Assembly (NCBI GenBank): GCA_030390025.1
Contig: CM059432.1
Coordinates: forward strand, 46,130,001 to 46,194,000
Direction of reading: 5' to 3'
From: Squalus acanthias
Taxonomy: Eukaryota
Length of the DNA stretch: 64,000 nt
A model generated the notes under the pieces. The model saw nothing but the letters and a program-made list of their open reading frames with translations, was not told where the DNA came from and did not search any database. Position numbers and translations under genes: made by a program. Of the stretch, positions 22,756-35,230 are shown piece after piece. The first letter of the stretch is position 1, and every line of letters starts with the position of its first letter.

Positions 22756-25700
22756 TGGCAGGGGGTTGGGAACCTGAGCAGGGAGACAGAGGAAAGGGAA
22801 ACAAGGATAAAAGCAAAAGATAGGAAGGAGAAAAACAAAAGTGGCAGTCAGAGAAAACAACGGTTTAAATCAAACATGGCCACAGTAAATACAAATTCTA
22901 ATAGGTCTAAGAGCGTTAAAAAAACAAGCCTGAAGGCTTTGTGTCTTAATGCAAGGAGCATTCGGAACAAGGTGGATGAATTAGCTGCGCAAATAGAGGT
23001 AAACAAATATGATTTGATTGGGATTACCGAAACATGGCTCCAGGGTGGCCAAGGCTGGGAACTCAACATCCAGGGGTACTCATTATTCAGGAAAGATAGG
23101 CAAAAAGGAAAGGGAGGTGGGGTAGCATTGCTGGTTAAAGAGGCGATTAACACAATTGAAAGGAAGGATATTAGCTCTGATGATGTGGAATCTGTATGGG
23201 TTGAACTGAGAAATAACAAGGGGCAGAAAACGTTAGTGGGAGTGATATATAGGTCTCGAAACAGTAATGCGGAGGTTGGGGATGGCATTAAAAGGGAAAT
23301 TAGAGAAGCATGCAATAAGGGCACAGCAGTCATCATGGGTGACTTTAATCTACATATAGATTGGGCTAACCAAATTAGTAACAATACTATGGAGGAGGAA
23401 TTCCTGGAGTGTTTACGGGATGGTTTCCTGGACCAATATGTCGAGGAACCAACCAGAGATCAGGCCATCTTAGACTGGGTATTATGCAATGAGAAAGGAT
23501 TAATTAGCAATCTTGTTGTGCGAGGCCCCTTGGGTTGGAGCGATCATAATATGATAGAATTCTTCATTAGGATGGAGAGTGAAGTAGTTGAATCAGAGAC
23601 TAGGGTCCTGAATTTAAATAAAGGTAACTTTGATGGTATGAGGTGCGAGTTGGGTAGGATTGATTGGGGAATGTCACTCAAAGGGTTGGCGGTGGATAGG
23701 CAATGGCAAACATTCAAAGACCGCATGGACGAACTACAGAATTTGTTCATCCCAGTTTGGCATAAGAATAAAACAAAAAGGGTGACTCAACCGTGGCTAA
23801 CGAGGGAAATTAGGGATAGCATAAGATCCAAGGAGAGGGCATATAAAATGGCCAGAAAAAGCAGTAACCCTGAGGATTGGGAGCAGTTTAAGATTCAACA
23901 AAGGAGGACAAAGGGATTAATTAAGAAGGGGAAAATAGAATACGAGAGTAAGCTTGCAGGGAACATAAAAACTGACTGTAAAAGCTTTTATAGATATGTG
24001 AAGAGAAAAAGATTAGTGAAATCAAGCATAGGTCCCTTGCAGTCAGAATCAGGGGAATTTATAATGGGGAACAAAGAAATGTCAGGCCAATTAAATACAT
24101 ATTTTGGTTCTGTCTTCACAAAGGAGGACACAAATAACCTCCCAGAGATGTTGGGGAACATAGGGTCTGATGAAAGGGAGGAACTGAAAGAAATCAGTAT
24201 TCGTAGGGAAATGGTGTTAGGGAAATTGAAGGGATTGAAGGCCGATAAATCCCCAGGGCCTGACAATCTACATCCTAGGGTACTTAAGGAAGTGGCCCTA
24301 GAAATAGTAGATGCATTGCTGATCATCTTCCAACATTCGATGGAATCTGGAACAGTACCCATGGATTGGAGGGTAGCTAATGTTACCCCACTATTACAAA
24401 AGGGTGGTAGAGAGAAAACGGGGAATTACAGACCGGTAAGCCTGACATCGGTAGTGGGGAAAATGCTAGAGTCCATTATAAAAGATGTAATAGCTGAGCA
24501 CTTCGAAAACAGTGACAGGATCGGACAAAGTCAACATGGATTTACAAAAGGTAAATCATGCTTGACTAATCTACTGGAATATTTTGAGGATGTAACTGGT
24601 AAAATAGATAATGGAGAACCAGTGGATGTGGTGTATTTGGACTTTAAGAAGGCTTTTGATAAGGTCCCGCATAAGAGATTAGCGTGTAAAGTTAAGGCAC
24701 ATGGGATTGGGGGCAAGGTATTGACTTGGATAGAGAACTGGTTGGCAGACAGAAAGCAAAGAGTTGGAATAAACGGGTCTTTTTCCGAGTGGCAAGCAGT
24801 GACTAGTGCGGTACCGCAGGGATCGGTCCTTGGACCCCAGCTATTCACAATATATATTAATGATCTAGACAAGGGAACTAGATGTAATATCTACAAGTTT
24901 GCAGACGACACAAAATTGGGTGGGCGTGTGTGCTGCGAGAAGGATGCTGAGAAACTCCAGGATGATTTGGACAGGTTGGGTGATTGGGCAGAAGCATGGC
25001 AGATGCAATATAACATGGATAAATGCGAGGTTATCCACTTTGGTGTCAAAAACAGAAAGGCAGATTATTATCTGAATGGCAATAGATTGGGAGAAGGGGA
25101 AGTGCAACGAGACCTGGGTGTCCTTGTGCAGCAGTCGCTGAAGGTAAGCATGCAGGTGCAGCAGGTGGTTAAGAAGGCAAATGGTATGTTGGCCTTCATA
25201 GCGAGAGGGTTTGAGTACAGGAACAAGGGTGTCCTGCTGCAGTTGTACAGGGCCTTGGTGAGACCACACCTTGAGTACTGTGTGCAGTTTTGGTCGCCTT
25301 ATCTGAGGAAGGATGTTCTTGCCATGGAAGGAGTTCAGCGAAGATTCACAAGGCTGATACCTGGGGTGGCAGGAATGACGTATGAAGAGAGATTGGGTCG
25401 ATTGGGCTTAAACTCGCTGGAGTTTAGAAGAATGAGAGGGGATCTCATTGAAACTTATAAAATTCTGACAGGACAGGACAAACTAGATGCAGGAAAATTG
25501 TTCCCGATGGTCGGGGAGTCCAGAACCAGGGGTCACAGTCTAAGGATAAGGGGTAAGCCATTTAGGACAGAAATGAGGAGGAATTTCTTCACCCAGAGAG
25601 TGGTGAACCTGTGGAATTCTCTGCCACAGAAGGCAGTAGAGGCCAATTCATTAAATAGATTCAAGAAGGAGTTGGATATATTTCTTAAGGCTAAAGGGAT

Positions 25701-25828
25701 CAAGGGATATGGGGAGAAAGCAGGGACAGGGTACTGAATTTGGATGATCAACCATGATCGAATTGAATGGCGGAGCAGGCTAGAGGGGCCGAATGGCCTA
25801 CTCCTGCTCCTATCTTCTATGATTCTAT
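22756..25828 (+). mobile_element. Young CR1 LINE, 5'-truncated just upstream of ORF2, with complete 3' UTR
   Basis: Frame open from 22756 to the stop at 25737; 3' UTR GGAGCAGGC...GCCTACTCCTGCTCC and TTCTATGATTCTAT tail. Confidence 0.95.
22876..25737 (+). CDS. CR1 ORF2 polyprotein: APE-type endonuclease + reverse transcriptase (953 aa, uninterrupted)
   Basis: Endonuclease motifs LNARSI, GITETWL, GGGVALL, IMGDFN, ILDWV, SDHN; RT motifs [38 protein letters not shown]-terminal LVRPHLEY. Confidence 0.95.
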   Translation: MATVNTNSNRSKSVKKTSLKALCLNARSIRNKVDELAAQIEVNKYDLIGITETWLQGGQGWELNIQGYSLFRKDRQKGKGGGVALLVKEAINTIERKDISSDDVESVWVELRNNKGQKTLVGVIYRSRNSNAEVGDGIKREIREACNKGTAVIMGDFNLHIDWANQISNNTMEEEFLECLRDGFLDQYVEEPTRDQAILDWVLCNEKGLISNLVVRGPLGWSDHNMIEFFIRMESEVVESETRVLNLNKGNFDGMRCELGRIDWGMSLKGLAVDRQWQTFKDRMDELQNLFIPVWHKNKTKRVTQPWLTREIRDSIRSKERAYKMARKSSNPEDWEQFKIQQRRTKGLIKKGKIEYESKLAGNIKTDCKSFYRYVKRKRLVKSSIGPLQSESGEFIMGNKEMSGQLNTYFGSVFTKEDTNNLPEMLGNIGSDEREELKEISIRREMVLGKLKGLKADKSPGPDNLHPRVLKEVALEIVDALLIIFQHSMESGTVPMDWRVANVTPLLQKGGREKTGNYRPVSLTSVVGKMLESIIKDVIAEHFENSDRIGQSQHGFTKGKSCLTNLLEYFEDVTGKIDNGEPVDVVYLDFKKAFDKVPHKRLACKVKAHGIGGKVLTWIENWLADRKQRVGINGSFSEWQAVTSAVPQGSVLGPQLFTIYINDLDKGTRCNIYKFADDTKLGGRVCCEKDAEKLQDDLDRLGDWAEAWQMQYNMDKCEVIHFGVKNRKADYYLNGNRLGEGEVQRDLGVLVQQSLKVSMQVQQVVKKANGMLAFIARGFEYRNKGVLLQLYRALVRPHLEYCVQFWSPYLRKDVLAMEGVQRRFTRLIPGVAGMTYEERLGRLGLNSLEFRRMRGDLIETYKILTGQDKLDAGKLFPMVGESRTRGHSLRIRGKPFRTEMRRNFFTQRVVNLWNSLPQKAVEANSLNRFKKELDIFLKAKGIKGYGEKAGTGY

Positions 25829-26721
25829 GGGGGAGAAATTCAGTATCGCCCCATTTGGGGCGCAATTATCGGCCGGGCGCAAAGATTAGCGCCTGGCGCT
25901 AATTATCGCCACCGACTGCAAACTTGACTTTTATCGCCCCTGGAGGTGATTGCAGCGCTATATCAGGCGCTTCACACCTGTCTTAAGGCGCAAAGGCCGA
26001 GGAGCGAGGCACTACCTCAGAGCGCTGGCGAAGCTCATGTAATGTCAGTCAGCAATGGAACACACACACAATGGCACGGGCCAGTTCTTAAAGGGGATGG
26101 TTAATCTTGCTTTCCATCCACATCCTGCTCATTGCAGCCTTGAATCTCGGCCTGGAGAGACCTGCACATCAAATGTGCTGGAAAGAACAATGGAGAGCAC
26201 CAGGCAAAGAGCTCAGAGTGCAGCCCCCACAGTCTCTGCTAAATCGATACAAGGAATGGCAAATCAAAATGAACCTGCAAAGTGCTGCTCAGTACCCAAA
26301 ACTCCTTCACACAACGTTGAATCTCTCCAAAAGTCTCTCCCTCTCTCTCTCCAGAATGCATAGTTCAAAAATGGCACCAACAATAAAAGGCAGGAAGCGG
26401 TCACCTTTAAATAGCGCTCCCCTTTCCCTTCATGACTGCATAACGCTCCCCTCAACCTGTCGTTGCTAGCGTCAGGCGGTAAGGCAGGGGGCACCACTCA
26501 ATATCCGCTCCAGGGCGATACCGGGGCGTTGCGCACTCGTCTGATGTCACGATCTGCCGGCGCAGGAGATCGTGGCGGTAGTGTTTAGCGCCACCGCAAA
26601 ATGTCTAGTTAATTTCGCGAGCGGCGCAAACTTCGCCGCGCCTGGGCGCTGGATGCTTTGCGCCCCATTAGCGCCCTCTTAAGGCGCTAACGGGAGGCGC
26701 AACCAACTGAATTTTTCCCCC
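25829..26721 (+). mobile_element. Harbinger-type MITE, family A, inserted in the CR1 microsatellite tail
   Basis: TIR GGGGGAGAAATTCAG/CTGAATTTTTCCCCC; TSD TAT. Confidence 0.9.
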
Positions 26722-29454
26722 TATGATGCTACGATACTCGAATCCTCTCGCTATGAAGGCCAACATACCATTTGCCTTCTTAACCGCCTGCTGCACCTGC
26801 ATACTTACCTTCAGCAACTGGTGCACAAGGACACTCAGGTCTCGTTGCACTTCCCCTTTTCCCAATCTATTGCCGTTCAGATAATAATCTGTCTTCCTTA
26901 TTTTTGCCACCAAAGTGGATAACCTCGCATTTATCCACATTATACTGCATCTGTCATGCATCTGCCCAATCACCCAACCTGTCCAAATCATACTGGAGTT
27001 TCTGTGCTTCCTACTCACAGCACACAAGCCCACCCAGCTTTGTGTTGTCTGCAAACTTGGAGATATTACATCTAGTTCCCTCATCTAGATCATTAATATA
27101 TATTGTGAATAGCTGGGGTCCAAGCACCGATCCCTGCGGTACCCCACTAGTCACTGCCTGCCACTCGGAAAAAGACCCATTTATTCCAACTCTTTGCTTC
27201 CTGTCTGCCAACCAGTTCTCTATCCAAGTCAGTACCTTACCCCCAATCCCATGTGCTTTAACTTTGCACGCCAATCTCTTATGCGAGACCTTATCAAAAG
27301 CCTTCTGAAAGTCCAAATACACCACATCCACTGGTTCTCCCTTATCTATTCTACCAGTTACATCCTCAAAAAATTCCAGTAGATTAGTCAAGCATGATTT
27401 ACCTTTTGTAAATCCATGTTGACTTTGTCCGATCCTGTCACTGTTTTCCAAGTGCTCAGCTATTACATCTTTTATAATGGACTCTAGCATTTTCCCCACT
27501 ACCGATGTCAGGCTTACCGGTCTATAATTCCCTGTTTTCTCTCTACCACCTTTTTTAAATAGTGGAGTTACATTAGCTACCCTCCAATCCATGGGAACTG
27601 TTCTAGAGTCTATAGAATTTTGGAAGATGACCAGCAATGCATCTACTATTTCTAGGGCCACTTCCTTAAGTACCCTAGGACGTAGATTATCAGGCCCTGG
27701 GGATTTATCGGCCTTCAATCCCGTCAATTTCCCTAACACCATTACCCTACAAATACTGATTTCATTCAATTCCTCCCTCTCATTAGACCCTATGTTCCCC
27801 GACATCTCTGGGAGGTTATTTGTGTCCTCCTTTGTGAAGACAGAACCAAAGTATGTATTTAATTGGTCAGCCATTTCTTTGTTCCCCATTATAAACATAT
27901 CACTTCACTAAAGATTTATCCGTCCCCACCCCAGTGGCACAGGGAATGAATCCCTCAGCACTAACAGCAAGAGGAGGAGTGAATTTACTCTAATTGTCCC
28001 ACATATTGTGAACTATTTAGTAGCATCACAAATGACATAGAGCCTGACCCACAGTCTCATGAAGACAATGAAGTCTATGAATGAGACTGGAAGACTACTG
28101 AAATAATGCAATAAACGGATATAATCCAGACTGCACTCCTGTTCCTGCCAGACCAACACACGGAGAAAATGCTGAGATCAATAAAGAGCAATAAGTGTTT
28201 GTTTTTAATGTACGTTTTTTTCCCCATTTTCTCCTATTTGTTCACTGCCACTCATCAGCATCCTCTCTGTGCGTTGGTCTGGTAGGAAGGCTTGGACTGC
28301 AGATTTCTCTATAAATGCAGTCTGGATTATGTCAATTTCCTTGAAGTAAAGTTGGACCATTTCATTTCTACGTTGTATTGCATTAGTTATAATAGGCCAT
28401 GGTGCAGAAAAGTAGTGAAACTGAGTGGAGATAAATGAGCTTGAATTGCATGCAACGGTGGGACTCAAACTTGTGACCTGCTGGTTAGGAGTTAAGTGCT
28501 GAAATGCTTGTGCTACTGGGCCAGCTGTCACAAGTTATTAAGAATAACAGATATTATAGTCTATTGGGGGTCGGCTGTCTGTACATTTAATTAGCTTAGC
28601 TTCTGTAAATGGGGAAGAGAGGACTCTACATGCAGGGCAAATGTGATTTAACACTCTCTACAATAGCTCACAGATGGGTTTAGAGGCAGGAGGATTTGGA
28701 AGAAAATCAAAACAATGAGTGGAGCTGTAGCAGTCAGAACAGTGACGTAAGCACATAGGTAATCTGGGCACTCAGTTCTAGTAAAAGTCCCTTGAAATTG
28801 GAGGAGACTTATTATGTTCTTGGTACTCATTAGATTTACTTCATGCTGAATTTGCTTAATCTGTGAACAAACCTGAAAAAGACAACCTCAGACAATTACT
28901 CAACAGAACAATTGAGAAATTCTGCTAAATTGGGATTCCGCTTAAATATTGTCATGCGTAAGAAGATTATTAATGATCTAAGCACATCTAGGATGGCTGA
29001 AATCTCGAATTGAATGAGCAACACAAAACTATCAGTCATGATCCATAATTTGTATCATAGCAGACAAGAATAATTTCAAGAAAGAAACAAATGAACCAAC
29101 TTCCCCTAACAAAATTGTACCATATACTTCTGTAACTACCCGAGCAAGTTAAAAAAAATAGAAATAAGGTTAAAACTGCTCTTTTAAAACTTTTCTCATT
29201 GATATTAATTTAAGAAATTGAGGCTTCTAAAGTCCAGTTTTTGACCTCTAAAAGACATCCTTTTGGTAGTTTAGGGCCCTCTTGTAACTTTACATTGATA
29301 ACATCATCGACCTTCGCCTGACTGAAGCAGCTGACAGAGATCAGAGTGAAGGCTTTGAACAGCCCCTTGGTCGTGAGTAGTGGGTAGGCTTTGTTTCAAA
29401 GCACAAGCAGGTAACCACTCACAGAGAGGTGTTTAGTGAGTTAGACCAAAGAAG

Positions 29455-29922
29455 AAAGAAAGAAAGACTTACATTTATATAGCGCCTTTCACGACCACTG
29501 GATGTCTCAAAGCGCTTTACAGCCAATGAAGTACTTTTGGAGTGTAGTCACTGTTGTAATGTGGGAAACGCGCCAGCCAATTTGTGCACAGCAAGCTCCC
29601 AAAAACAGCAACGTGATAATGACCAGATAAACTGTTTTTGTTATGTTGATTGAGGGATAAATATTGGCCAGGACACCAGGGATAACTCCCCTACTCATCT
29701 TCGCAATAGTGCCATGGAATCATTTACGTCCACCTGAGAGAGCAGACGGGGCCTCGGTTTAATGTCTCATCCGAAGGACGGCACTTCTGACAATGCAGCA
29801 CTCCCTCAGCACTGCACCGGAGTGTCAGCCTAGCTTTATGTGCTCAAGTCCCGGGAGTGGGACTTGAACCCACAACCTGCTGACTCAGAGGCGAGTGTAC
29901 TACCAACTGATCCGCAGTTGAC
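29455..29922 (-). mobile_element. Full-length tRNA-headed Deu-domain SINE (SacSINE1/AmnSINE-like) with an L2-type tail
   Basis: Minus strand: tRNA head with B box GGTTCAAGTCC; Deu-like core GATGAGACATTAAACCGAGGCCCCGTCTGCTCTCTCAGGTGGACGTAA; tail AAAGGCGCTATATAAATG...(TCTT)n; TSD-like ACCAA(A)GAA. Confidence 0.85.
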
Positions 29923-30662
29923 ACCAAGAACAGTAACAATAGCTGAACTGTCAATGGATTGCAATTAGCCTCAGGTTGCTAGTTTGATGAGAATCAGATA
30001 AGCTTTGGAGTTCCTGTGGATTTTGGATAATGTTTTATAAAGACTGGCACTAACCATAGATTGATGAGAAGAATAGGATCCATACAAGGATTGACTTCAT
30101 ACAGAACTCTTGGACAGGCTACAGATGAGAATAAGAAATTAGAAGCAGCAGTAGGTGAAATTAATGCTACAGCAAACTGTAGAGGCTATTCATAATATTT
30201 ATAAACTGATCTTAGTAAAATTAATAATCAGTTGGATATAAAAGTATATTCACTTGTCAGGAATATTCATTATAAAAATCATGGTAAATATTGATATAAT
30301 TCTTCTGCATCATTTTCTACATGTAATCTATAACTTTCTATAATGTAAATTGTCTCATACATGGTTTCCTTTGTTGTGTTTTAGCACATTATTCAAATCA
30401 CAAAAGTCATGCAGAATACTAAAGAAAAGGAGAATGAAATTTGAGTTGTAAATAATTAAGCAATCCAGGCAAAATGCATTTAATTTGCACCAAAATACAA
30501 TTAAAATTATTTAGCTACCAGAAGGGAAAAATGGAAATGGAAATGAAATGTTTTTCTTCTTTTCAATTTCTATTTTCTTAAACAAAACTATGGTCCTTAT
30601 TGTGTATTTACTCTATTAATGTCTAGACACCCAAAATTGGACCACAGAATCATATAATCATA

Positions 30663-31553
30663 GGGGGATAAATTCGGTTGCTTTGCGCCTCCTGTTAGCA
30701 CCCTAAGAGGGCACTAATGGGGCACAAAGCAACTAGCGCCCAGGCGCGGCGATGTTTGTGCCGCTCGCGAAATTGACCAGACATTTTGCGGTAGGCACTA
30801 AACACTACCGCCACGATCTCCTGCGCCCGCAGATTGTGACGTCAGTCAAGCGTGCAACACCTCGGTAGCGCCCTGGACTGGATATTGAGTGACACCCACT
30901 GCCTTACCGCCTGCCGCTAGCAACAACAGGTTGAGGGGAGCATTTTGCAGTCGGGAAGGGACTGGGGGAGCACTATTTAAAGGCGACCGCTTCCTGCCTT
31001 TTTTTGTTGGCGACATTTTTGCATCACGTATTCTGAGAGAGAGAGAGACTTCTGGAGAGATTCAATGCTGTGTGAAGGAATTTTGGGTACTGAGCAGCAC
31101 TTTGCAGGTTCATTTTGATTTGACCTTCCTTGCATCGATTTAGAAGAGATTGTGGGGGCTGCACTCTGAGCTCTTTCCCTGTGCCTCTCCATTGTTCTTT
31201 CCAGCAGATTTGATGTACAGGTTTCTCCAGGCCGAGATTCAAGGCTGCAATGAGCAGGGTGTGGATGGAGAGCAAGATCGACCCTCCCCTTTAAGAGCTG
31301 GCCGGCGCCAGTGTGTCTGTGTTCCATTGCTGACTGACATCACATGAGCTTCATCAGCGCTCTGAGGTAACGCCTCGCTCCTCGGCGTTAGTGCCTTAAG
31401 AGAGGTGTGTAGCGCCTGATTTAGCGCGGCAATCACCTCCAGGGTCGATAGAAGCCAAGTTCGCAGTCGGAGGCGATAATTAGTGCCAGGTGCTAAACTT
31501 TGCGCCCGGCCAATAATTGTGCCCTAAACGGGGTGATACAGAATTTCTCCCCT
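30663..31553 (-). mobile_element. Harbinger-type MITE, family A (more diverged copy)
   Basis: GGGGGATAAATTC...GAATTTCTCCCC; reverse complement of 3326-4227. Confidence 0.85.
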
Positions 31554-31917
31554 TATAAAGTTTTACATCATGGAAGGAGGCCATTTGGCGCATCTATGCT
31601 CTTTGAAAATGCTATCTGCTTAATTCCATTCACATGCCCTTTCCCCATACCCTTTTAATTCTTTTTTGAAATATATATTACATTTCCATTTAAAAGCTAC
31701 TATGGATTCTGCTTCCACCATTATTTCTAGTATAGCATTGCATGTTGTAACAAGGTTCCATTGAACAAAAATAAGAACATAAGAATATAAGAATTAGGAG
31801 CAGGAGTAGGCCATACGGCCCCTCGAGCCTGCTCTGCCATTCAATAAGATCATGGCTGATCTTCGACCTCAACTCCACTTTCCTGCACTATCTCCATATC
31901 CCTTGATTCCCCTAGAG

Positions 31918-33758
31918 TGATATCAAGAAACGGCTGAGCGCACTGGATACAGAAAAGGCTAAGGGCCCCGACAACATCCCGGTTGTCGTGCTGAAGACTT
32001 GTGCTCCAGAACTAGCCGCGCCTCTAGCCAAGCTGTTCCAGTACAACTATAACACTGGCATCTATCCAACAATGTGGAAAACTGCCCAGGTATGTCCTGT
32101 CCACAAAAAGCAGGACAAATCCAATCCGGCAATTACCGCCCCATCAGTCTACTCTCAATCATTAGCACAGTGATGGAAGGTGTTGTCGACAGTGCTATCA
32201 AGTGGCACTTACTCACCAATAACCTGCTCACTGATGCCCAGTTTGGGTTCTGCCAGGACCACTCGGCTCCTGACCTCATTACAGCCTTGGTCCAAACATG
32301 GACAAAAGAGCTGAATTCCAGAAGTGAGAGTGACTGCCCTTGACATCAAGGCATCATTTGGCGGAGTGTGGCATCAAGGAGCCCTAGTAAAACTGAAGTC
32401 AATGGGAATCGGGGGGGGGGGGGGAACGCTCCACTGGCTGAAGTCATACTTAGCACAAAGGAAGATGGTTGTGGTGGTTGGAGGTCAATCATCACAGAAA
32501 GAAAAAAAGACTTGCATTTATATAGCGCCTTTCACGACCACTGGACGTCTCAAAGTGCTTTACAGCCAATGAAGTACTTCTGAAGTGGAGTCACTGTTGT
32601 AATGTAGGAAACGCGGCAGCCAAATTGCGCACAGCAAGGTCCCACAAATAGCAATGTGATAATGACCAGATAATCTGTTTTTGTTATGTTTGTTGAGGGA
32701 TAAATATTGACCAGGACACCGGGGATAACTCCCCTGGAGATAACAGCCCCAGGACATCGCTGCAGTAGTTCCTCAGGGCAGTGTCCTAGGCCCAACCATC
32801 TTCAGCTGCTTAATCAATGACCTTCCCTCCAACATAAGGTCAGAAATGGGGATGTTCGCTGATGACTGCACAGTGTTCAGCGCCATTTGCAACTCCTCAG
32901 ATAATGAAGCAGTTCATGCCCGCATGCAACAAGACCTGGACGACGTTCAGGCTTGGGCTGATAAGTGGTAGGTAATATTCGCGCCACACAAGTGCCAGGC
33001 AATGACTATCTCCAACAAGCGAGAGTCTAACCACCAGCTTGACATTCAATGGCATTACCATCGCCGAATCCCCCACCATCAACATCCTGGGGGTCATCAT
33101 TAATCAGAAACTTAACTGGACCAGCCATATAAGTACTGTGTCAACAAGAGCAGGTCAGAGGCTAGGTATTCTGCAGCGAGTGTCTCACCTCCTGACTCCC
33201 CAAAGCTTTTCTACCATCTACAAGCCACAAGTAAGGAGTGTGATGGAATACTCTCCACTTGCCTGGATGAGTGCAGCTCCAACAACACTCAAGAAGCTCA
33301 TCACCATCCAGGACAAAGCAGCCCACTTGATTCGCACCCCATCCACCACCTTAAACATTCACTCCCTCCACCACCAGCGTACCATGGCTGCAGTGTGTAC
33401 CATCTACAAGATGCACTGCAGCAGCTCGCCAAGGCTTCTTCGGCAGCACCTTCCAAACCCACGACCTCTTCCACCTAGAAGGACAAGGGCAGCAGGCGCA
33501 TGGGAACACCACCACCTCCAAGTACCCCTCCAAGTCACACACCATCCTGACTTGGAAATATTTTGCCGTTCCTTCATCGTCACTGCATCAAAATCCTGGA
33601 ACTCCCTCCCTAACAGCACTGTGGGAGTACCTTCACCACATGGACTGCAGCGGTTCAAGAAGGCGGCTCACCACCACCTTCTCAAGGGCAATTAGTGATG
33701 GGCAATAAATGCGGTCCTTGCCAGCGATGCCCACATCCCACGAACAAATTTTTAAAAA
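31918..33758 (+). mobile_element. Second LINE family (CR1/L2-group RT), 5'-truncated and decayed; inserted in a minus-strand CR1 3' end; contains a Deu-SINE fragment (32497-32740)
   Basis: [69 protein letters not shown]; 3' AATAAA and A-rich end. Confidence 0.88.
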
Positions 33759-33759
33759 G

Positions 33760-35230
33760 TCCAAAAATGTATCTATTTCAGCCTTGAATATACTCAACCC
33801 CTTTGGGGTAGAGATTTCCAAAGATTCACAACCCTCTGAGTGAAGAAATTCCTCCTCATCTCAGTCTTAAATGGCTGACCCCTTATCCTGAGATTATACC
33901 CACAGTCCTAGATTCTACAGCCAGAGGAAACAACCTCTCAGTATCTACCCTGTCAATCCCCCTCAGAATCTTATATGTTTCAATGAGATAACCTCTCATT
34001 CTTCTAAACTCCTGAGAATATAGGCCCAATTTACTCAATCTCTTCTCATAGGACAACCATCTCATCCCAGGGATCAATCTAGTAAACCTTTGTTGCACCG
34101 CCTCCAAGGCAAGTATGTCCTTCCTCAGATAAGGAAGGACATACTTGAGGAGGAAACAAAGCGACTACAAAGGGATATAGACAGGTTAAGTGAGTGGGCA
34201 ATAAAGTGGCAGATGGAGTATAACGTGGGAAAATGTGAGGTTATTCACTTTGGTAGGAAGAATAGAAAAACAGAATATTTTTAAAATGGTGATAAACTAT
34301 TAAATGTTAGTGTTCAGAGAGATTTAGGTGTCCTTGTACAGGAAACACAGAAAGTTAGCATGCAGGTACAGGAAGCAATTAGGAAGGCAAATGGCATGTT
34401 GGGCTTTATTGAAAGGGATTTGGAGTGCAAGAGTAAGAAAGTCTTACTACAATTGTACAGGGCTTTGGTGAGACCGCACCTGAAGTACTTAGAACAACTA
34501 TACAACTAAGAATTTAGAACAACAATACAACTAAAAGAGGTGGCTGCAGAGATAGTGGATGCATTGGCTGTGATCTTCCAAAATTCCCTAGATACTAGAA
34601 CGGTCCCAGCGGATTGGAAGGTAGAAAATGTAACCCCGCTATTCAAGAAAGGAGGGAGAGAAAAGACAGGGCACTACAGGCTAGTTAGCCTGGCATCAGC
34701 CGTTGGGAAAATACTGGAATCCATTGTTAAGGAAGTAGTAACAGGGCACTTGGAAAATCTTAAAAATGATTAGGCAGAGTCAACATAGATTTATGAAAGG
34801 GAAATCACGTTTGACAAATTTATTAGAGTTTTTTGAGGATGTAACTAGCAGGGTAGATAAAGGGGAACCAGTGGATGTGGTATATTTGGATTTCCAAAAG
34901 GCATTTGCTAAGGTGCCACATAAAAGGTTGCTATGCAAGATAAGGGCTCATGGGGTTCGGGGTAATATATTAGCATGGATAGAGGATTGGTTAACGGACA
35001 GAAAACAGAGAGTGGGGATAAATGAGTCATTTTCCGGTTGGCTGGCAGTAACTAGTGGGGTGCCACAAGGATCAGTGCTTGGGCCTCATAGAATCATAGA
35101 ATCATAGAATGGTTACAGCACAGAAGGAGGCCATTCAACCTGTCGAGCCTGTGCCGGCTCTCTGCAAGAGCACTTCAGCTCGTCCCACTCCCCCGCCCTT
35201 TCCCCGTAGCCCTGTAATTTTTTTCCTTCA
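33760..35230. mobile_element. Jumble of CR1 fragments (- 33760-34133; + 34140-34490; + 34530-35087; - tail 35088-35230)
   Basis: CR1 RT motifs in ORFs 33883-34107, 34090-34284, 34540-34773 and 34766-35107; (ATAGAATC)n tail. Confidence 0.85.

Larger units (their letters stand above)
21906..27895 (-). mobile_element. 5'-truncated young CR1 in two parts (27895-26725 and 22754-21906), split by a plus-strand CR1
   Basis: ORF 27011-27898 (RT) leads to ARGFEYRS at ~26725 and resumes at [18 protein letters not shown] (22754); (TTTCTATG)n tail at 21906-21930. Confidence 0.9.

Noticed and set aside
22848..25865. Antisense and alternate-frame ORFs over CR1 ORF2 (also over other CR1 copies)
   Set aside because: They recur only because the CR1 copies are homologous; shadow ORFs.
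26055..26497. Recurrent ~100-aa ORFs in family-A MITEs
   Set aside because: The frames are not preserved among the three copies and contain no transposase motifs.
28648..30445. Candidate host exons (minus acceptor near 28873; plus TTTTAG near 30384)
   Set aside because: The frames are short and resemble no protein I recognise; no consistent gene model.
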